A stretch of DNA of 62,889 nt, filler included, from Folioceros fuciformis (lineage: Eukaryota): the NCBI GenBank assembly GCA_049999805.1. It is 11 parts of 11 records of this genome, joined end to end, with 100 filler letters (N's around TTAATTAATTAA, not from the genome) between each part and the next. Parts side by side here need not be neighbours in the genome. Positions count along the whole stretch, not along the records: positions 7,075 to 16,219 come from JBNGIO010005191.1; positions 16,320 to 21,593 come from JBNGIO010005192.1; positions 21,694 to 25,717 come from JBNGIO010005193.1; positions 25,818 to 29,868 come from JBNGIO010005194.1; 7 more parts are not named here. One strand, 5' to 3'. Below are positions 14,839 through 26,579 of this stretch, one piece after another. Under the pieces are notes generated by a model that ran no database searches, was not told the origin of the DNA, and saw only the letters and a list, made by a program, of their open reading frames with translations. The position numbers and the translations under genes are program-made. Position 1 is the stretch's first letter. The number at the start of each line of letters is the position of its first letter.

Positions 14839-15073
14839 TGATGAAATATATTAGGTATAGGGCGCTATTCACTAGGGCACCTTTACTTAATTATTATATG
14901 CCTAGGGCACTAAGTAGTTTTCTTTAGGTAGTTGTTATAACCACTTATAGTTACAACAACTTATGGTTGTAACCACCGATCCTACCTACTATTTAAACAC
15001 TCTTGTACTTTCTATTAAGTAATGCAACTCTACAAGACTCTTTTGCAAGTGCGTTCGTCCGTGATTCTCATCA
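14839..15073 (+). repeat. 3' LTR (235 bp)
   Basis: TGATGA...TCATCA terminal inverted repeat directly after the PPT. Confidence 0.88.
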
Positions 15074-15529
15074 ATGGCTTTCCAGTCATTCTCATCAAAG
15101 TCATTCTGTGATTCCAAGGGAATCAAGAAAGAATTGATTGCCCTGTATACTTCTCCCCAGAATGGTGTGGCTGAACGGATGAACAGGACTATCTAGAAGA
15201 GGATGTGTAGTTTGTTGTTCAACTTTGGATTGCCTAACGGATTTTGGGCAGAAGCAGTGTCTACTGCAGTGCATCTTATTAACAGATGTCCTAATAAGGC
15301 TGTGGATCAGTAAGTTTCAAAGGAGCTATGGTTTGGAAAGAAGTCGTCTTACAAGCATCTACGAGTGTTTGGCTGCGAGCCATACTGCCATGTTCCAAAG
15401 GAGTTTCAGGACAAGTTGGCACCCAAGTCCAGAAAATGTATTTTTCTTGAACATGGTGACTCTGGTGAAATGGGATACCGTTTATGGGATCCAAAGGCCA
15501 AGAAGGTTGTTCGCAACAATGACATGTTC
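15074..15529 (+). mobile_element. Copia integrase fragment (older target element)
   Basis: SPQNGVAERMNRT, FWAEAVSTAVHLINR and VFGCEPYCHVPKEFQDKLAPKSRKCIF. Confidence 0.85.
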
Positions 15530-16096
15530 TTTTTTTTTCGCGAAAAACATTCAGATTATAATTAGCAAATGTCTCCAACTACAAGGGGAGAATCTTGCTA
15601 ACATATGTACAAAATCAAGCACCGGAAGAGAGAGGGAGAATTGGCCTTGAGTCCAAAACTCAAGACAAGGCGCTCAGAGAGCGCTCCCCTACACTATGGT
15701 ACCTGCAAACTGCCAAAGCCACTTAAACCTCCACCTCGAGGTCCCCAAGAACCTTAAAGCTCGTCGGCCCCAAGGGCACGAATGATTCCAGTGTGTATCT
15801 TTCCTAGGCACTAGGAATCCCGCCCTCCTCCAGTCTTGCCGCTTAAACTGTTTCCGGCGGGATTGCTCCAAAGCTTCGGCTGCAATCAACAAGTGATCCC
15901 ATTTTAGCCACAACAAGGCTTTCGTTGAAGCTGATTCCTGTCCTCCATAGACCACCGCGGACCAATTGACCCAGAGGTGGAAAAGGCAAGAGGACCACGG
16001 TAAGCCCCACCATTGTGTTTTAAGGAGAGGTTTGCTCGAGATCGCATCTAACCCATATAAGGCTGATTGTGACGTGATCCTGAGGTTAGCACCAGG
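15530..16096 (-). mobile_element. Possible 3' end of a LINE
   Basis: Poly-T at 15530-15538 (poly-A on minus) interrupts the Copia integrase. The Trp-rich minus-strand frame (QWWGLPWSSCLFHLWVNWSAVVYG) resembles plant L1 ORF2 C-termini. Confidence 0.4.
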
Positions 16097-16219
16097 TGTG
16101 GAGGCACAACCCCGGGCACTGATTGCCGACGGGTCCCACCTTTAGTGGCCACACTTATCCCACTGTCGTTGAGACATTGGGTTTCGTTCCCACGAAGGAG
16201 CGATGGGGTTCCTTGCTGC
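16097..16219 (-). repeat. End of long Gypsy-type LTR family, copy 1
   Basis: Nearly identical to 20287-20410 and to the reverse complement of 57187-57309. Begins TGTGG at the junction. Confidence 0.8.
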
Positions 16220-16319
16220 NNNNNNNNNNNNNNNNNNNNNNNNNNNNNNNNNNNNNNNNNNNNTTAATTAATTAANNNNNNNNNNNNNNNNNNNNNNNNN
16301 NNNNNNNNNNNNNNNNNNN

Positions 16320-18668
16320 CTGGAGGATGAAACGCCCCTGCTGGCATGCCTTGTGGACTCCTCCTCGAGGAGTGCTCCAATAAGGTCTGATAATGTTACT
16401 GTAGGTACTTGGCCTGCTGGTGTGGCTTGTGCCACATTCCTCAAGTTTGAGCTGTGATTAGACGAACGTCCTGTAGCTCTCAGGTAGGGACAGCAAGAGT
16501 GCGATTGCTGCCTGCATCTCAGTAGTCCTTGTGCCACTGGAGGTAAGCTTCGAATGTAGCATTTGAAACTTTTGAACATGTTGCTCCACAGATTCATGCT
16601 CTTTCATCTTGCAATTGTAAAAAGCTCGAGAAGCACTAACCATGGACGAACCATTTGATACTCTGTAGATTTGGGACAAGGAGTCCCACACATCCTTCGT
16701 GGATTCAGCATCCTGAGTGTGATGTATCATTGAACCATCCAGTGCAGATTGGATAACTGCCAAAGCCCGGAGATCCATTTTCCCCCATGCATCTCGTTCT
16801 GCCCGAGGAGCTGTGGCAGCTGGTTTGGAAGTGGTGCCAGTAACCACATCCCACAAGTCATTTTCTTTTAGGATTTTTTGGACCCGGAGAGCCCAAATGT
16901 TAAATTGGGATCTATTGAACCTATCTTTTTCCTTAAAATCTATTTTCAGATTATTGACGGTTGTGTTATTTGTGATAGGTTGCCCAGCCATGGAGTTCAC
17001 TACGTGCGCGGCTAGTGCAGCCCTTGTGGCTTGAGCTAGTCGCTCGGTGCTTGTTGACTGTGCACTCTGTGTAGCGTGTGCTAGCTGTGCTAAATGTACA
17101 AGGTAAGAGGGAGGGGGAGATGTACTGGACTGTGAATAGGCTGTCTGGTCAGGTGTTTGAAACAGTAAAAAAGGGATCTTCTGGTAGGGGATAAAACCTG
17201 ATTCTTCACTTATATCGCTTTGCCCTCAGCCAGTCCCTCGACTTGATCCGGCACCACGATTTGGTCTGCAATGGCCGCGATTGCCTCTCCCGCCTTGTGA
17301 CATGTACAGCCACTGTTTTTTTAAAAAGGTCGAGCAGCCCTTGCGGCGCACGCCTCCGGATCCTTGCACTCAATCTCGGCGGCTTTCATGTTTCTTGATT
17401 GCACAGGTGCTGATGCTCCAAAAACGGTGCTCTCACATTGCGTGTTGGTTCTTAGGTGTGCAGGTACAGCCAGCGAGTTCAACTGACCTTGTGCAAACAG
17501 TGCGTCTAATTTGATGTTGGTTGTGGCTAGCCTATCCGACAAATTAGAGATGGTTTCTTTTATGCGTTGGGATTGCAGCCTGACTTGGTCAAGAACCTTT
17601 GCAAGAAGCTGGTCAATAGAGGATGGAATGGTAGACTGCTTAGCTACGCAATTGCGACACAGTGGGTGAGTGTTACGTGCAAGTTTTTGCTGTTCTTGGA
17701 CAAACACTAACTATGCTCGAGCAATGTCACGGCTTACTTTTGCACATAGACTGTGCAGGGGATTAGGCCTAATTTGTTGTAAGTTCTGACCCTGGAATGG
17801 TGCGCATGACTGCTGATACTGGTTTCTACAATGCGAACTGAAAAATTGGTTCAATCTACGATGCTGTGATGCAACCGATTCTCCTAGTGCGCCTACAAAC
17901 AGGTCAGCAGTTCCTAGCAACCTTCTACCTCTTGTCCTCGGCATAATGCAAGACGCTAGCTGTAATAATGCACAACGGCATCTGCAAGAAAAGCATCTGA
18001 CATCTCTCTGAATCTGCTGAGGGCTTTCTAAAATGCAGTGATTAGACTACAGAATTGATCGTGTGGTAGATTTTTAATACAGTTCATGCTTTTGCAGACA
18101 GCGCAACTGCTAGGGGGAGATGTTGGATCTATTTGGTTCTAATCTGATTGATTATTGTACAGGGTGTTGAAAACAGTCCATCTGCTTCCTGTCTAGGAGA
18201 TAGAAAAGCTGCTCCTCGATAGAGGGCAGATGGACTCTATCAAATCTTGAGCATGGCTCTGATACCATAAAGATAGTCGAAGGATCGAGAGAGAGAGAGA
18301 GAGAGAGATTAGAACATGAAAGGAAGGATAATTTATTGGCCGTGACCTTGGCCTCTTAAGACGTGCTTGTGCCTATTCACGAAGCGAGGAATGTGGCGGT
18401 TAGTCTAGAGCCACAACCGTATGAAACGCGGTGGCGCTTCATATCATGTAACGATTCGGGTGCCTAATTAATAATTAATCTAAAACCTACCTATTTAAGT
18501 AATTAACCTTAATTAACTTCCACACGGATGGCATCTGGATCCTCCACCCAGTTGAAGGCCTCGCCTCTAGCTGGCGCCTTCAGCATGGGTGCAGTCAAGG
18601 TGGAGGGGAGCTAGTTCGGCCTGAGGGAATGAGTGGGGGAAATAATATATGTTTCTATTATTTCCACA
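16320..18668 (-). mobile_element. 5' half of a Copia element: LTR ~18268-18668, PBS 18256-18267, leader, gag 16320-17000
   Basis: Reverse-complement PBS GCTCTGATACCA. LTR starts TGTGGAAA on minus. Gag FKEKDRFNRSQFNIWALRV...LLLSLPESYRTFV. Confidence 0.85.
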
Positions 18669-19760
18669 AGGGCCAACTGAGAGGGGAAGTCCTGGGGTTT
18701 AAGGGTCCAAGTGGGCCGTTACTAACCGTCGTGTCCCGGCAGCAGGATGGCGTTCGTCAGGTGGCCCAATGAGGAGGCGTCTGGGTCACATCTAGGTCGG
18801 TCTCGGCAGGGAAATGTGGGGCGCGTTGCGCTGATTTGCATCGTTACGGCGATTCGCGTCTACGCGCCGATTCGCCCTACGCCCAAGTCGAAGCTCCCTG
18901 GCAGCGGAAGTGTCTGGGGCCCGAGGCCGTCTGATCCCGGATTGGTAAGCGACTCCCCTGAATTCTGCCTTCTCTGATCAAGATTCTTGAGATAGTCTAC
19001 AACCTGGCAGATGTTCTCACAGATTTTGTCAATTGTGGGAAATTCAGAGGTTTTGGGTCCGGGGCCAGGGCGTTGGGTGTGAATTCTAGAGGAGGCCTGA
19101 TCCGAGAGCAAGCTGGGCAGCAATCCCTCCACGCGGATGAGGATACTCTGGGACCTGTCAAGAATCTTCCTCAGCCCTTTGTGTGGGTCAGTGTCTGAAT
19201 GGCGCTGGTGTGTGGCAGGTGTCCCAGGTGCGTGCAAGAGCCCCCTGGTGTTCGGCAAGTGGCGCGCCGGCATGTGTTGTTCGCAAGATCAGCAGTTGCC
19301 GGTGGCGAGGTGATACTGCAGGGGAAATTGTTGACGCTAGGGGAGAGGATATTGGAGCCGAGCTCTCCCTCTCCTAGGGGCGGGTGCACTTTCTGCTGGA
19401 AAGTGCAATGAAAAATCAGGTGGGCAACCTGCAGCGACGAGTCCCTTTGCAGGCGCACACTCGGATGTGCCCCTACTGGGAGCGCCTTGCCTCGACATGA
19501 TTCCAGGGTTCCTCTAGAAGTTTCAGCATGGCTCTGATACCATGACAATTAAGCAATTAGAGAGCATAGCGATTCTAGGAGTAGTTCTTCATGTAGTTTG
19601 CAATAATATAATAAAGATCAAAGTTTTCTTATCAGTATTTCTGCTTAAATAGCAGCTTGCGTGCCTAACCGTTTCACCCTTAACGGTCGTGCCGTTTCGT
19701 CCGCGTTTACCTAACACTTGTGCTTAAGCATGGTTATGGGTACTAAGTGTGCTTCTAACA
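18669..19760 (-). mobile_element. 5' LTR (19543-19760), PBS (19531-19542) and leader of another LTR element, interrupted by the element at 16320-18668
   Basis: GCTCTGATACCA followed by TGACAATT...TTCTAACA on plus. Confidence 0.75.
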
Positions 19761-20286
19761 CAAACTGGGACATCAAGGATCAGAAGGCTCAAGATATCAT
19801 CATAAGTGGACTTACTGAATCAATGGTTCGGCAAGTCTCTAAAGCAGAAACCTCCAAGGAGATGTGGGACCGTCTGGCCCAGATATATGCATCCAGCGAT
19901 GTCATGAGCATCTTGACTGCCACCCGCAATTTCCAAAATCTCAAAATGAGAGAAAGAGATTCCATTGAAAGTCACATTAGTGCATTTCGATTGGCCAAAA
20001 ATAATCTTGAAGCAGCATCTAGTGAAAAGATCTCCGAGAAACAAGCCTTCATCAATCTTCTATCCACTGTACCATTTCCTATAGGTCATTCGTGACAACA
20101 CAAAATGCAGTCCTTTGCATTGCACAGAAGGATGCCACAACAAGAGGCTCATCAACGCTAAACATCAGCTTAAATGAACTCATAGGAGCCATCATATAGG
20201 AGGACTCTAGCTGTCGTCACGACACTCGCTCCACCAGACAGCAGGTGATGTTCACAGCAAGTGGCAGAGGTAGAGGCCGAGGCTGG
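19761..20286 (+). pseudogene. Copia gag fragment, same family as the gag at 7906
   Basis: WDIKDQKAQDIIISGL...RNFQNLKMRERDSIESHISAF parallels WDAKDERAQDMIIGGL...RNFHNLKMRESDTIEHHISTF. Confidence 0.88.
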
Positions 20287-21593
20287 TGTGGTGGCAAAAC
20301 CCCGAGCACTGTTTGCCAACGGGTTCAACCTTTAGCGGTCACACTTATCCCACTGTCGTTGCGACATTGGGTTTCATTCCCACGAAGGAGCGATGGGGTT
20401 CCTAGCTGCTTTGGATGGAGGGTCGGACTCAACTGACTCGCTGTCCAGCAGTCAACGGCACCTCTCTTGGTGCCCACAAACTCACTCCAAGCACTACAAT
20501 AACCCTAACTTCTCAAATCTGTGAGTTCCCTCACTTCACTTCACTGCCCTAGACTTCCCTTGACTTCCTCCACTCCACTCCACTCCACTCCAGCACCAGC
20601 AACCAACAACGACACCACTACCTTCTACGCTTCCCTATGGACTCCCCCTACTTGGCAAGAGTCACTAGACTAACCCCGAAGGAAAGCATGCCGCCACCCA
20701 CGATCCTACCAGACACCATGCAAGCACGATCGGCACTTACTCCAGCCCTACGAGGAAACAAAAGTGACAAATCATGGGGACACGACACGGAGAGCATGAT
20801 CAAGAATTAAAAGGGACCTCGCCCTTAACCCTGGCCACCACTTCTCAAAGCTTTACCAGACGCTGCACACATGCACAACGGGCACACACACTGCTGTATC
20901 TAAGCAGGGACAGCCTGAGAGAGCTCGCAAAGTGACAACCTGCCTCCTACAGGCTCACCTAATCTTATAGGAGCCTCTCTCTCTCTGACTTCACCTCTCT
21001 AGCTTGAGAAATATTATTTTAATAGGACCACTAGCCTAGCCGGCTGTCATCAACCACTTATTTAGACTTTCCTAGCACATCATGCCACCAATGAGCTGGC
21101 CCTACAACCTGCTGACCCTACCACCACAAGTATCTACCACCTCTTAAACTACCCTAAGACTTTGAAGGATGCTTGATCTTCAAAGGTCTTGCGGACGCCG
21201 CCTCTTCCTTGCTGGATGGCCGCCCGCAAAGCCTTCCCCTGCAACTGTTCCTCCTTGGTGGCTGAGCTTGCCTGCACGGGAGGAGTATGAGCAGTGGGAG
21301 AAGATAGGGAAGATGTGGGATCAGTAGCCGGAACCGGACCAAAAATCGGCAGCTTATTCAACAAAATCGGCTTCCAGCTGAAATGGTTCCTCGGCCATGG
21401 AAAGCTGATCCTGGGGTCTCGAGACAGTTCAAACTGTCGACCAAGTGACGTAGGTAAGCTTCATGCTTTGTAGAATTATCTCTCAAAAATAGCAAAAAAA
21501 TAAAAATAAAAGAAATGGGAAAAGGGGAGGGAAGCGGGACGGGCAGCTTTCTGAGCAGCAGGCAGCAATTGGGCAGCACAGGGCGGGATGGGT
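20287..21593 (-). repeat. Long Gypsy-type LTR, copy 2
   Basis: Colinear reverse-complement homology with 55839-57309. Inserted in the GRGRGRG region of a Copia gag. Confidence 0.8.
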
Positions 21594-21693
21594 NNNNNNN
21601 NNNNNNNNNNNNNNNNNNNNNNNNNNNNNNNNNNNNNTTAATTAATTAANNNNNNNNNNNNNNNNNNNNNNNNNNNNNNNNNNNNNNNNNNNN

Positions 21694-24600
21694 AGAAACT
21701 CAAATGCTTAAGAAGTGACAACGGTGGTGAATTTATCTCCAGGGAATTCATGGAGTTCTGCTCACGGGAGGGCATCCTTCGACAACTTATTGTTCCCTAC
21801 GAACATGAGCAAAACCCCTTGCCTGAAAACAAGAACAAAGTCACTCAGGCTACTGCAAAGTCCATGCTTCATCTTGCTAGGCTTCCTCGCAGCTTTTGGG
21901 CCAAAGCAGTTGCAACAGCTGTCTATATCCAGAACAGGCTGCCCACTCGTGCCTTCAACGATGCCACTCCCTTTGAAAGATGGACTGGTGTCAAGCCTCG
22001 CGTGGATCACCTTCGGATATGGGGCTGCCCTGCGTATGCACATACACCCGATGAGATCAGACGGAAAATGAACTTTAAAGCTACAAAGCACCTATTTATT
22101 GGCTATACGGATGGCATCAAGGGCTACAAGCTTTATGATCCATCGCATCGACGATTCTTACACGCAAGAAACGTCATATTTGACAAGCAGTTTCTGTTGC
22201 AAGCTTTAGGAAAGCACAAGGACGTACCAGGCCTACAACGTCTAACGTCTTCTAAACAAGGTGCAACTGAACTTTCAGCTCAAGATGAACCTCTGGTTAC
22301 CTCTCATCATGCACCGGTGGTTCCAGTCCAACCTGCAGATGTGTTCCCAGACGACGAGCCTGACCTCACTGCAGACGACTCTCATTCCGAGGCTAGTGAA
22401 CATTCGAATAATGACCAGCAGGAGAACTATGATGTCATGGACGATGACACTCCATCATCCCCTCCTGCAGCTGAGGAAGAAGTCGAGGAACAGTCTGCCG
22501 ATCATGCTGAGGAACCAGTCGATGAGCCTCCAGTTCTCAGAAGGTCATCTAGAACCCACACAACTGATCCAAGTCAGTGGGCAAACAAGCCATTGGGTTA
22601 TGAACTGGATGAGGCTTACAGGCAGCAAAGCTCTAATCTCACATCCAGTGACACCTTACCTCACAAGAATGCCTTACCTAGTACCTATGCTGCTCAAGCT
22701 TTGCTCGCAGCACAGGATCTTGGAGAGCTAGCCACTCTGAAGGAAGCCCTGTCCTCTCCCGAAGACAACAGCTGGCAAGCAGGCGTTGACTCGGAATACC
22801 AGTCCCTCATTGACAACCAGACTTGGGAGCTGGTAGACCTACCTCTAAGACGCAAGGCACTCACAGGCAAATGGGTGTTCGAGAAAAAGCTTAATCCTGA
22901 TGGAACTGTGGCCAGATACAAGGCGAGATACGTGGTGCATGGATACAAGCAAGTCGAAGGACTTGATTTTCACGAGACTTTCTCACCTATTATATGGACG
23001 TCCTCTGTAAGGATGCTCTTTGCACTGGCTGCAGAATGCAAGCTTGACATCCAGCAGATGGATGTCAAGACCGCCTTCATGCACGGCACAATAGACGAAG
23101 AAATGTACATCATATAGCCAGAAGGTTATGTCAGTAAGAAGGAACCTCATAAGGTATGCAAGTTAAAGAAAAGCCTGAATGGCTTGAAACAGGCACCGAG
23201 AGTGTGGTATAAGAAAATCCATGCCTACCTGATTCAGTCGGGATTCAGCCAGAGTGATGCTGACACGAATGTGTACACCCTTAGACAAGGGCAAACATTT
23301 GCAATCCTAGCATTATACGTTGATGATGCATTAATATTTGCTAACTCCCCTGACGTGATGAAGAACGTCAAGTCGATCCTCACTGCTGAGTTCTCAATGA
23401 CGGACTTGGGTCAGCTTACCTTCTTTCTAGGCATACAGATATACATCAGTCCAGACACGGGAAGTATATTTTGCTATCAGGCCCATTACATAAGGCAAAT
23501 GCTAGAGAGATTCATCATGGCGGACTGTAAGCCCGCCATCACCCCCATGGCTGTGGGAGAGAAGTTCTCTACAGAACAAAGCCCAAAGACAGATGCTGAG
23601 AAGCAGGAAATGGAAAAGAAGCCTTATAGCATGCTCACGGGATGCTTAATATGGATTAGTGGATGGACTAGACCTGATGTGTCCCCTGCTACTCGAATCT
23701 TCTTGAGATTTCTTGCAAATCCTGGCAATGCCCATTGGACAGGAGTTAAGAGAGTCCTACGTTATCTCAAGGGCACACTGTATCTCGGAATCAGATACAA
23801 GTCACAGGGGAAGTTTCCTCTACTTATTTGCTATTCTGATTCTGATTGGGCCAATGACGAGGACTCCAAGCAATCTGTTACAGCCAACTGCACAATTCTG
23901 TCTGGAGGAGCAGTTAGCTGGACGTCAAAGAAACAAACGGTGGTGGCACTCTCCAGCACTGAGGCTAAATACAGAGCCGCAACCTCAGCTGCTCAGGAAA
24001 CAGTTTATAATAGATGCTTCATGGCATCTGTGGGGTTTCCACAGCCTGGAGCCACAACCATCTATTGTGATAATCAATCTGCAATAGCTTTATCCAGAAA
24101 TCCAGTTCATCACTCCAGAACAAGACATATTGCAGTTAAGCAGCACTACATCAGAGAAACGGTGGAATCAGGTGAGATAGATTTGGTCTATGTGCCTACA
24201 GACCAGAATTTGGCTGAACTGTTCACGAAACAACTGCCTAAGGAGCGTCATACCACTCACTGCGAAGGCTTGGGTCTTGTTGCCAAGACAAACCCTTGAC
24301 CTGCGCACAACTGCACATGCACGCACTCACTCAAAAGGTTAGCACTTGTCACAATCAGTGGGGGCGGATGGGCGCACAACAGGGCAGCTATGTTTGCTTT
24401 CCTCTATGTGCTACAGGCATTACAATTACGCGCCTGCATCTCCGCCGCCACTTCAGGGCATCTTCAAAACGGGGCATACCTGAAGACAAGGTTACCTTCC
24501 TCGTCACAACAAGCAGTATCCAAAATCATGGCAAGACTTGGACATGGCAACAGCTTACGGAAGCTTTCCTCATCGGAAGCAGGAGTCAATCCCTTGAGCT

Positions 24601-25134
24601 GCCGTAGCTGAGCATGCAACAACCTCATGCTTTGGCGTAGCTTCTCCTCCCTGCCAAGCTCAAGTCTGCCAGCCTTCTGGAGCATCGGTCTATTCCCGGA
24701 AAATCTTCTCTGCTCCCAGGAGGCAACGCAGATCAGTAGTACAAGCAGGAGCAGCAAGAAAAAGCTGCCGTCCAAGTGAGAAATTCCGCCAACACTCAGC
24801 ATAGCTGCAATTCGTTTTGCAGACGAAGAGTATGCGGAAGCTGAGAATTGGCGCAGTTTACGGCGCATGCGAAGTTCACGACGGCGGGAATACAGCCTAA
24901 GTGGGGGTAATGAAAGTGGATGCCCTAACTAGCCTGTTTCCCAGCGTCAAGTAGTGTTTAGGTCATAACGTGAACATATATATATAAACGAACGGTACTC
25001 TATCGAACCTATAACTGTCAACCGGCGTACCGGTTCACGGGACACGGCCTTATAGGCCTCACACACACATACACATGTATCTTTAATCTAAGCTTCTTCC
25101 TCTACACTGTGTGCTACCGATCCTACGCTAATCA
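21694..25134 (+). mobile_element. 3' part of a Copia element (integrase-RT-RNaseH 21694-24299, 3' region, PPT, LTR ~24911-25134)
   Basis: LRSDNGGEF, MDVKTAFMHG, LYVDD, YSDSDWA, SRTRHI. PPT AAGTGGGGG at ~24899-24907. Confidence 0.9.
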
Positions 25135-25138
25135 AAGC

Positions 25139-25717
25139 TGTTAAAATCCTAGCAGTAGGATTGCATCTAATCTAGCATGATTAGGATTGCATCTAGTCTA
25201 ACATGATCAAGATGCAATGCTCAGAGAGATATTTCGTGTTAGTCTCTTAAAAAGTGTATACAAAGTGTGTCTTAAATAGTGTCACTGGGTGTCTCTTCCA
25301 AAGAGGCACACCCAATCGTAATTATTAACTACTATTAATTATGGTCTACAGTAACTAGCTAGTCAATAGGGTTACGGGCAGATTATCCATTCCGTAACAA
25401 TCCCTCTTAAGCTGAACGTAACCTGAGGAGTGATGGAGGCTATCTCCCATGGAGTGCGACACTCCTCTTTGATGTGCTCCCTCTAAAGGCTAATGAGAGC
25501 CCGTACATGCCGCCTTGAGGCATGGCACTGAAGGGGCAAAGGTCAGGATTTGTGGTCCTGAAAAGGTATTATGACCCCCTTGAAGCAAGCATCTTAAGAT
25601 CACCTTGCTTCAGTAGCTAAGTCATGGAGACCAGGTTCTTGCCCATCTGTGGGACTAGGAGCACAGGCTCCTGTTGGATAGAATAGTTTCGCACCTCGTA
25701 GATTAGGTTTAAAGTGT
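25139..25717 (-). mobile_element. 3' LTR (25139-25399), PPT and Copia protease remnant
   Basis: TGTTA...TAACA termini and minus-strand PPT TTAAGAGGGAT. Minus frame VLLVPQMGKNLVSMT*LLKQG at ~25610-25665. Confidence 0.7.
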
Positions 25718-26579
25718 NNNNNNNNNNNNNNNNNNNNNNNNNNNNNNNNNNNNNNNNNNNNTTAATTAATTAANNNNNNNNNNNNNNNNNNNNNNNNNNN
25801 NNNNNNNNNNNNNNNNNAGGCAACGCCCTCACCTCAGCGTGAACGGAGCACCCCAGCGGCCTATATAGAGTGCGGCCGGAGGCGCTGTACCCCGGCTTAG
25901 TGCATAGGCGGTGCACCGCGGAACACCCCAGCGGTGGGCACAGACGGTGCGCCCCCGCAGGGCGACCCTCCCATCGCATCCCCAAGTCGGAATTGTGCCT
26001 GGGCCGGGCATTAGGGCGCGTGTGCTCCGCACCATGGGAGGCCCTCCCCCCGCGCACGAGCGCGTGGGCGAAGGCCCCGGCCGAAACACCGTGGTGCGGC
26101 CAAAACGCCGTGGTGTGGCCGAAATGCCATGGTGCCCCCTCCCCGAGGGACGCGCCGCACGTAGCCCCGCACCCCGCGGCACGCCCGCACGGGGGGCCGC
26201 GCCTCGGCGGAACGGGGAGGCCTCCTCACCCCTCACTTATTTTTTTTCAATAAATACATCGTCGTCGCAGACCAGGACTTGAACACACAACCTCGTAATC
26301 CAGGAGACCCACCACAATACCAACACATTCTGGTTGAAAATATAATGTGTTCATTTGGATATATTTATTAGCGAATAGATAGAAATAGGGGGGAGGGGGG
26401 GGGTGGGAATTTAGCCGGAGTTAGGCATAACCTTTTTTAGTTATTTCCGTCCTCCAGCACCACTCTCCCATTTCTCCTGCCCTCTAAACATAATCAGGTT
26501 CTTATGCCACTGAACCCATCTTGAGGGGGATCACGTAGGTACAACGTCGTAGTCGTAAGCCTACTTAGGTTAAGTTTTC

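Larger units (their letters stand above)
7075..15073 (+). mobile_element. Near-full-length degenerate Copia LTR retrotransposon
   Basis: 5' LTR end TCTCATCA (7075-7082), PBS TGGTATCAGAGC (7083-7094, tRNA-iMet), gag-pol 7906-12475, long 3' region, PPT GAGTGGGAG, then 3' LTR ending in the same TCTCATCA. Confidence 0.92.

Noticed and set aside
25770-26282. Multiple overlapping Arg/Pro/Gly-rich ORFs
   Set aside because: By-product of extreme GC content; no recognisable domain.
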